From the NCBI GenBank assembly GCA_965237415.1, contig CBDEFM010000002.1:3744001-3808000 (forward strand): a stretch of DNA of 64,000 nucleotides, written 5' to 3'. The stretch comes from Alphaproteobacteria bacterium. Its GTDB lineage: Bacteria; Pseudomonadota; Alphaproteobacteria; UBA828. Positions within the stretch are counted from its first letter, which is position 1, and every line of letters starts with the position of its first letter. Positions 63,347 through 64,000 of the stretch are shown one piece after another. Both the position numbers and the translations under genes were made by a program. Under the pieces are notes generated by a model. The model did not search any database, was not told where the DNA came from, and worked only from the letters and a program-made list of their open reading frames with translations.

Positions 63347-64000
63347 GAGCGTGCGCCGTAGAAGTTTTGATGCTGGGCGATTGGCGCGGGGCCGCCGGAG
63401 AGGTGGGATTTTGGCCCGAGTGTGGACATCTGGCCCGCCCGGTCTGGGATGGAAATCCCTGACCGGAAGGCCGGAACGGAAGAGATTCGCGTTTCATACG
63501 CGGTCGATGGGCACTGCGCGCCCCGGAGCAAGTGCGTTGGCAGGCCAGCACCTGCCTCAGCACGTTGCCACCGTCCCCATCCGCTCGATGTTCAACGCCA
63601 AGCACACGAGGTCCCACTCGCCGCGCACCTTCGCCAAGCCTCGCAGGCTGAATCGTCGGAACCCGAGCACCTTCTCGATCCACCCGTTCGGCGCCTCCGA
63701 GAGCCACTTGCGTTGCGCGTACCGGGCTTTGCCCGCGGGGCTCGCCAGTTTCTCACCCATGCGGTGCGTGGCAGGGAGCCGGGCCGGGTCGACCGCCACC
63801 TGGGACTTGCCTTCACGCCCCAGCGCTACGTGCGCGTCGATGCCGCGGTCTTCCAGCTCCAACAGATCCGGCTCGTTGCAGTAGCCCGCATCGGCCAGTA
63901 CCACCGCAGGCTCGACCCCAAACGTCTCGTTGATCTCGTCGAGCATCCCCACCAGCTGACCCTGGTCGCTGGCCTGTGGCCCCACCTGAGCCGCGACGAT
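63343..64000 (-). mobile_element. IS1182-like element 3' part (transposase stop at 63557), runs off the right edge
   Basis: LADAGY, Y..RK...E..NG.I...LGFRRF.LRG; end CTAGGAGCGTGCGCCGTAG. Confidence 0.85.

Overview
High-GC bacterial chromosomal window, probably alphaproteobacterial (GTTC-N7-GTTC LexA boxes, Rhodobacterales-type cysG-DUF2849-cysI-DUF934 order). It mixes catabolic and ABC-transport operons with heavy IS invasion and gene decay. Left to right: a polyamine-type ABC transporter with an HpaB-family monooxygenase, Lrp regulator, triple-Rid protein, SDR and amidohydrolase; an IS630 with an adjoining MITE; a Liv-type ABC transporter; a nest of IS66/IS1595/IS21 elements ending at tRNA-Ala(CGC); flavoprotein, amidase, lyase and hydantoinase genes; a Dpp-type ABC transporter with two dipeptidases and a nitrilase-family enzyme; decayed cysI and metH; and a decayed isoprene/alkene monooxygenase cluster (isoH, isoI, isoABCDE) cut by a MITE and an IS1182-type element. 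The best candidate for a new system is a ~2.56 kb large-serine-recombinase element found twice, each time inserted in the Walker A codons of a different IS21 istB. Its reconstructed circular junction joins an RBS and ATG in frame to an otherwise start-less accessory gene. All family calls come from motif recognition and recalled protein sequences, not database searches.
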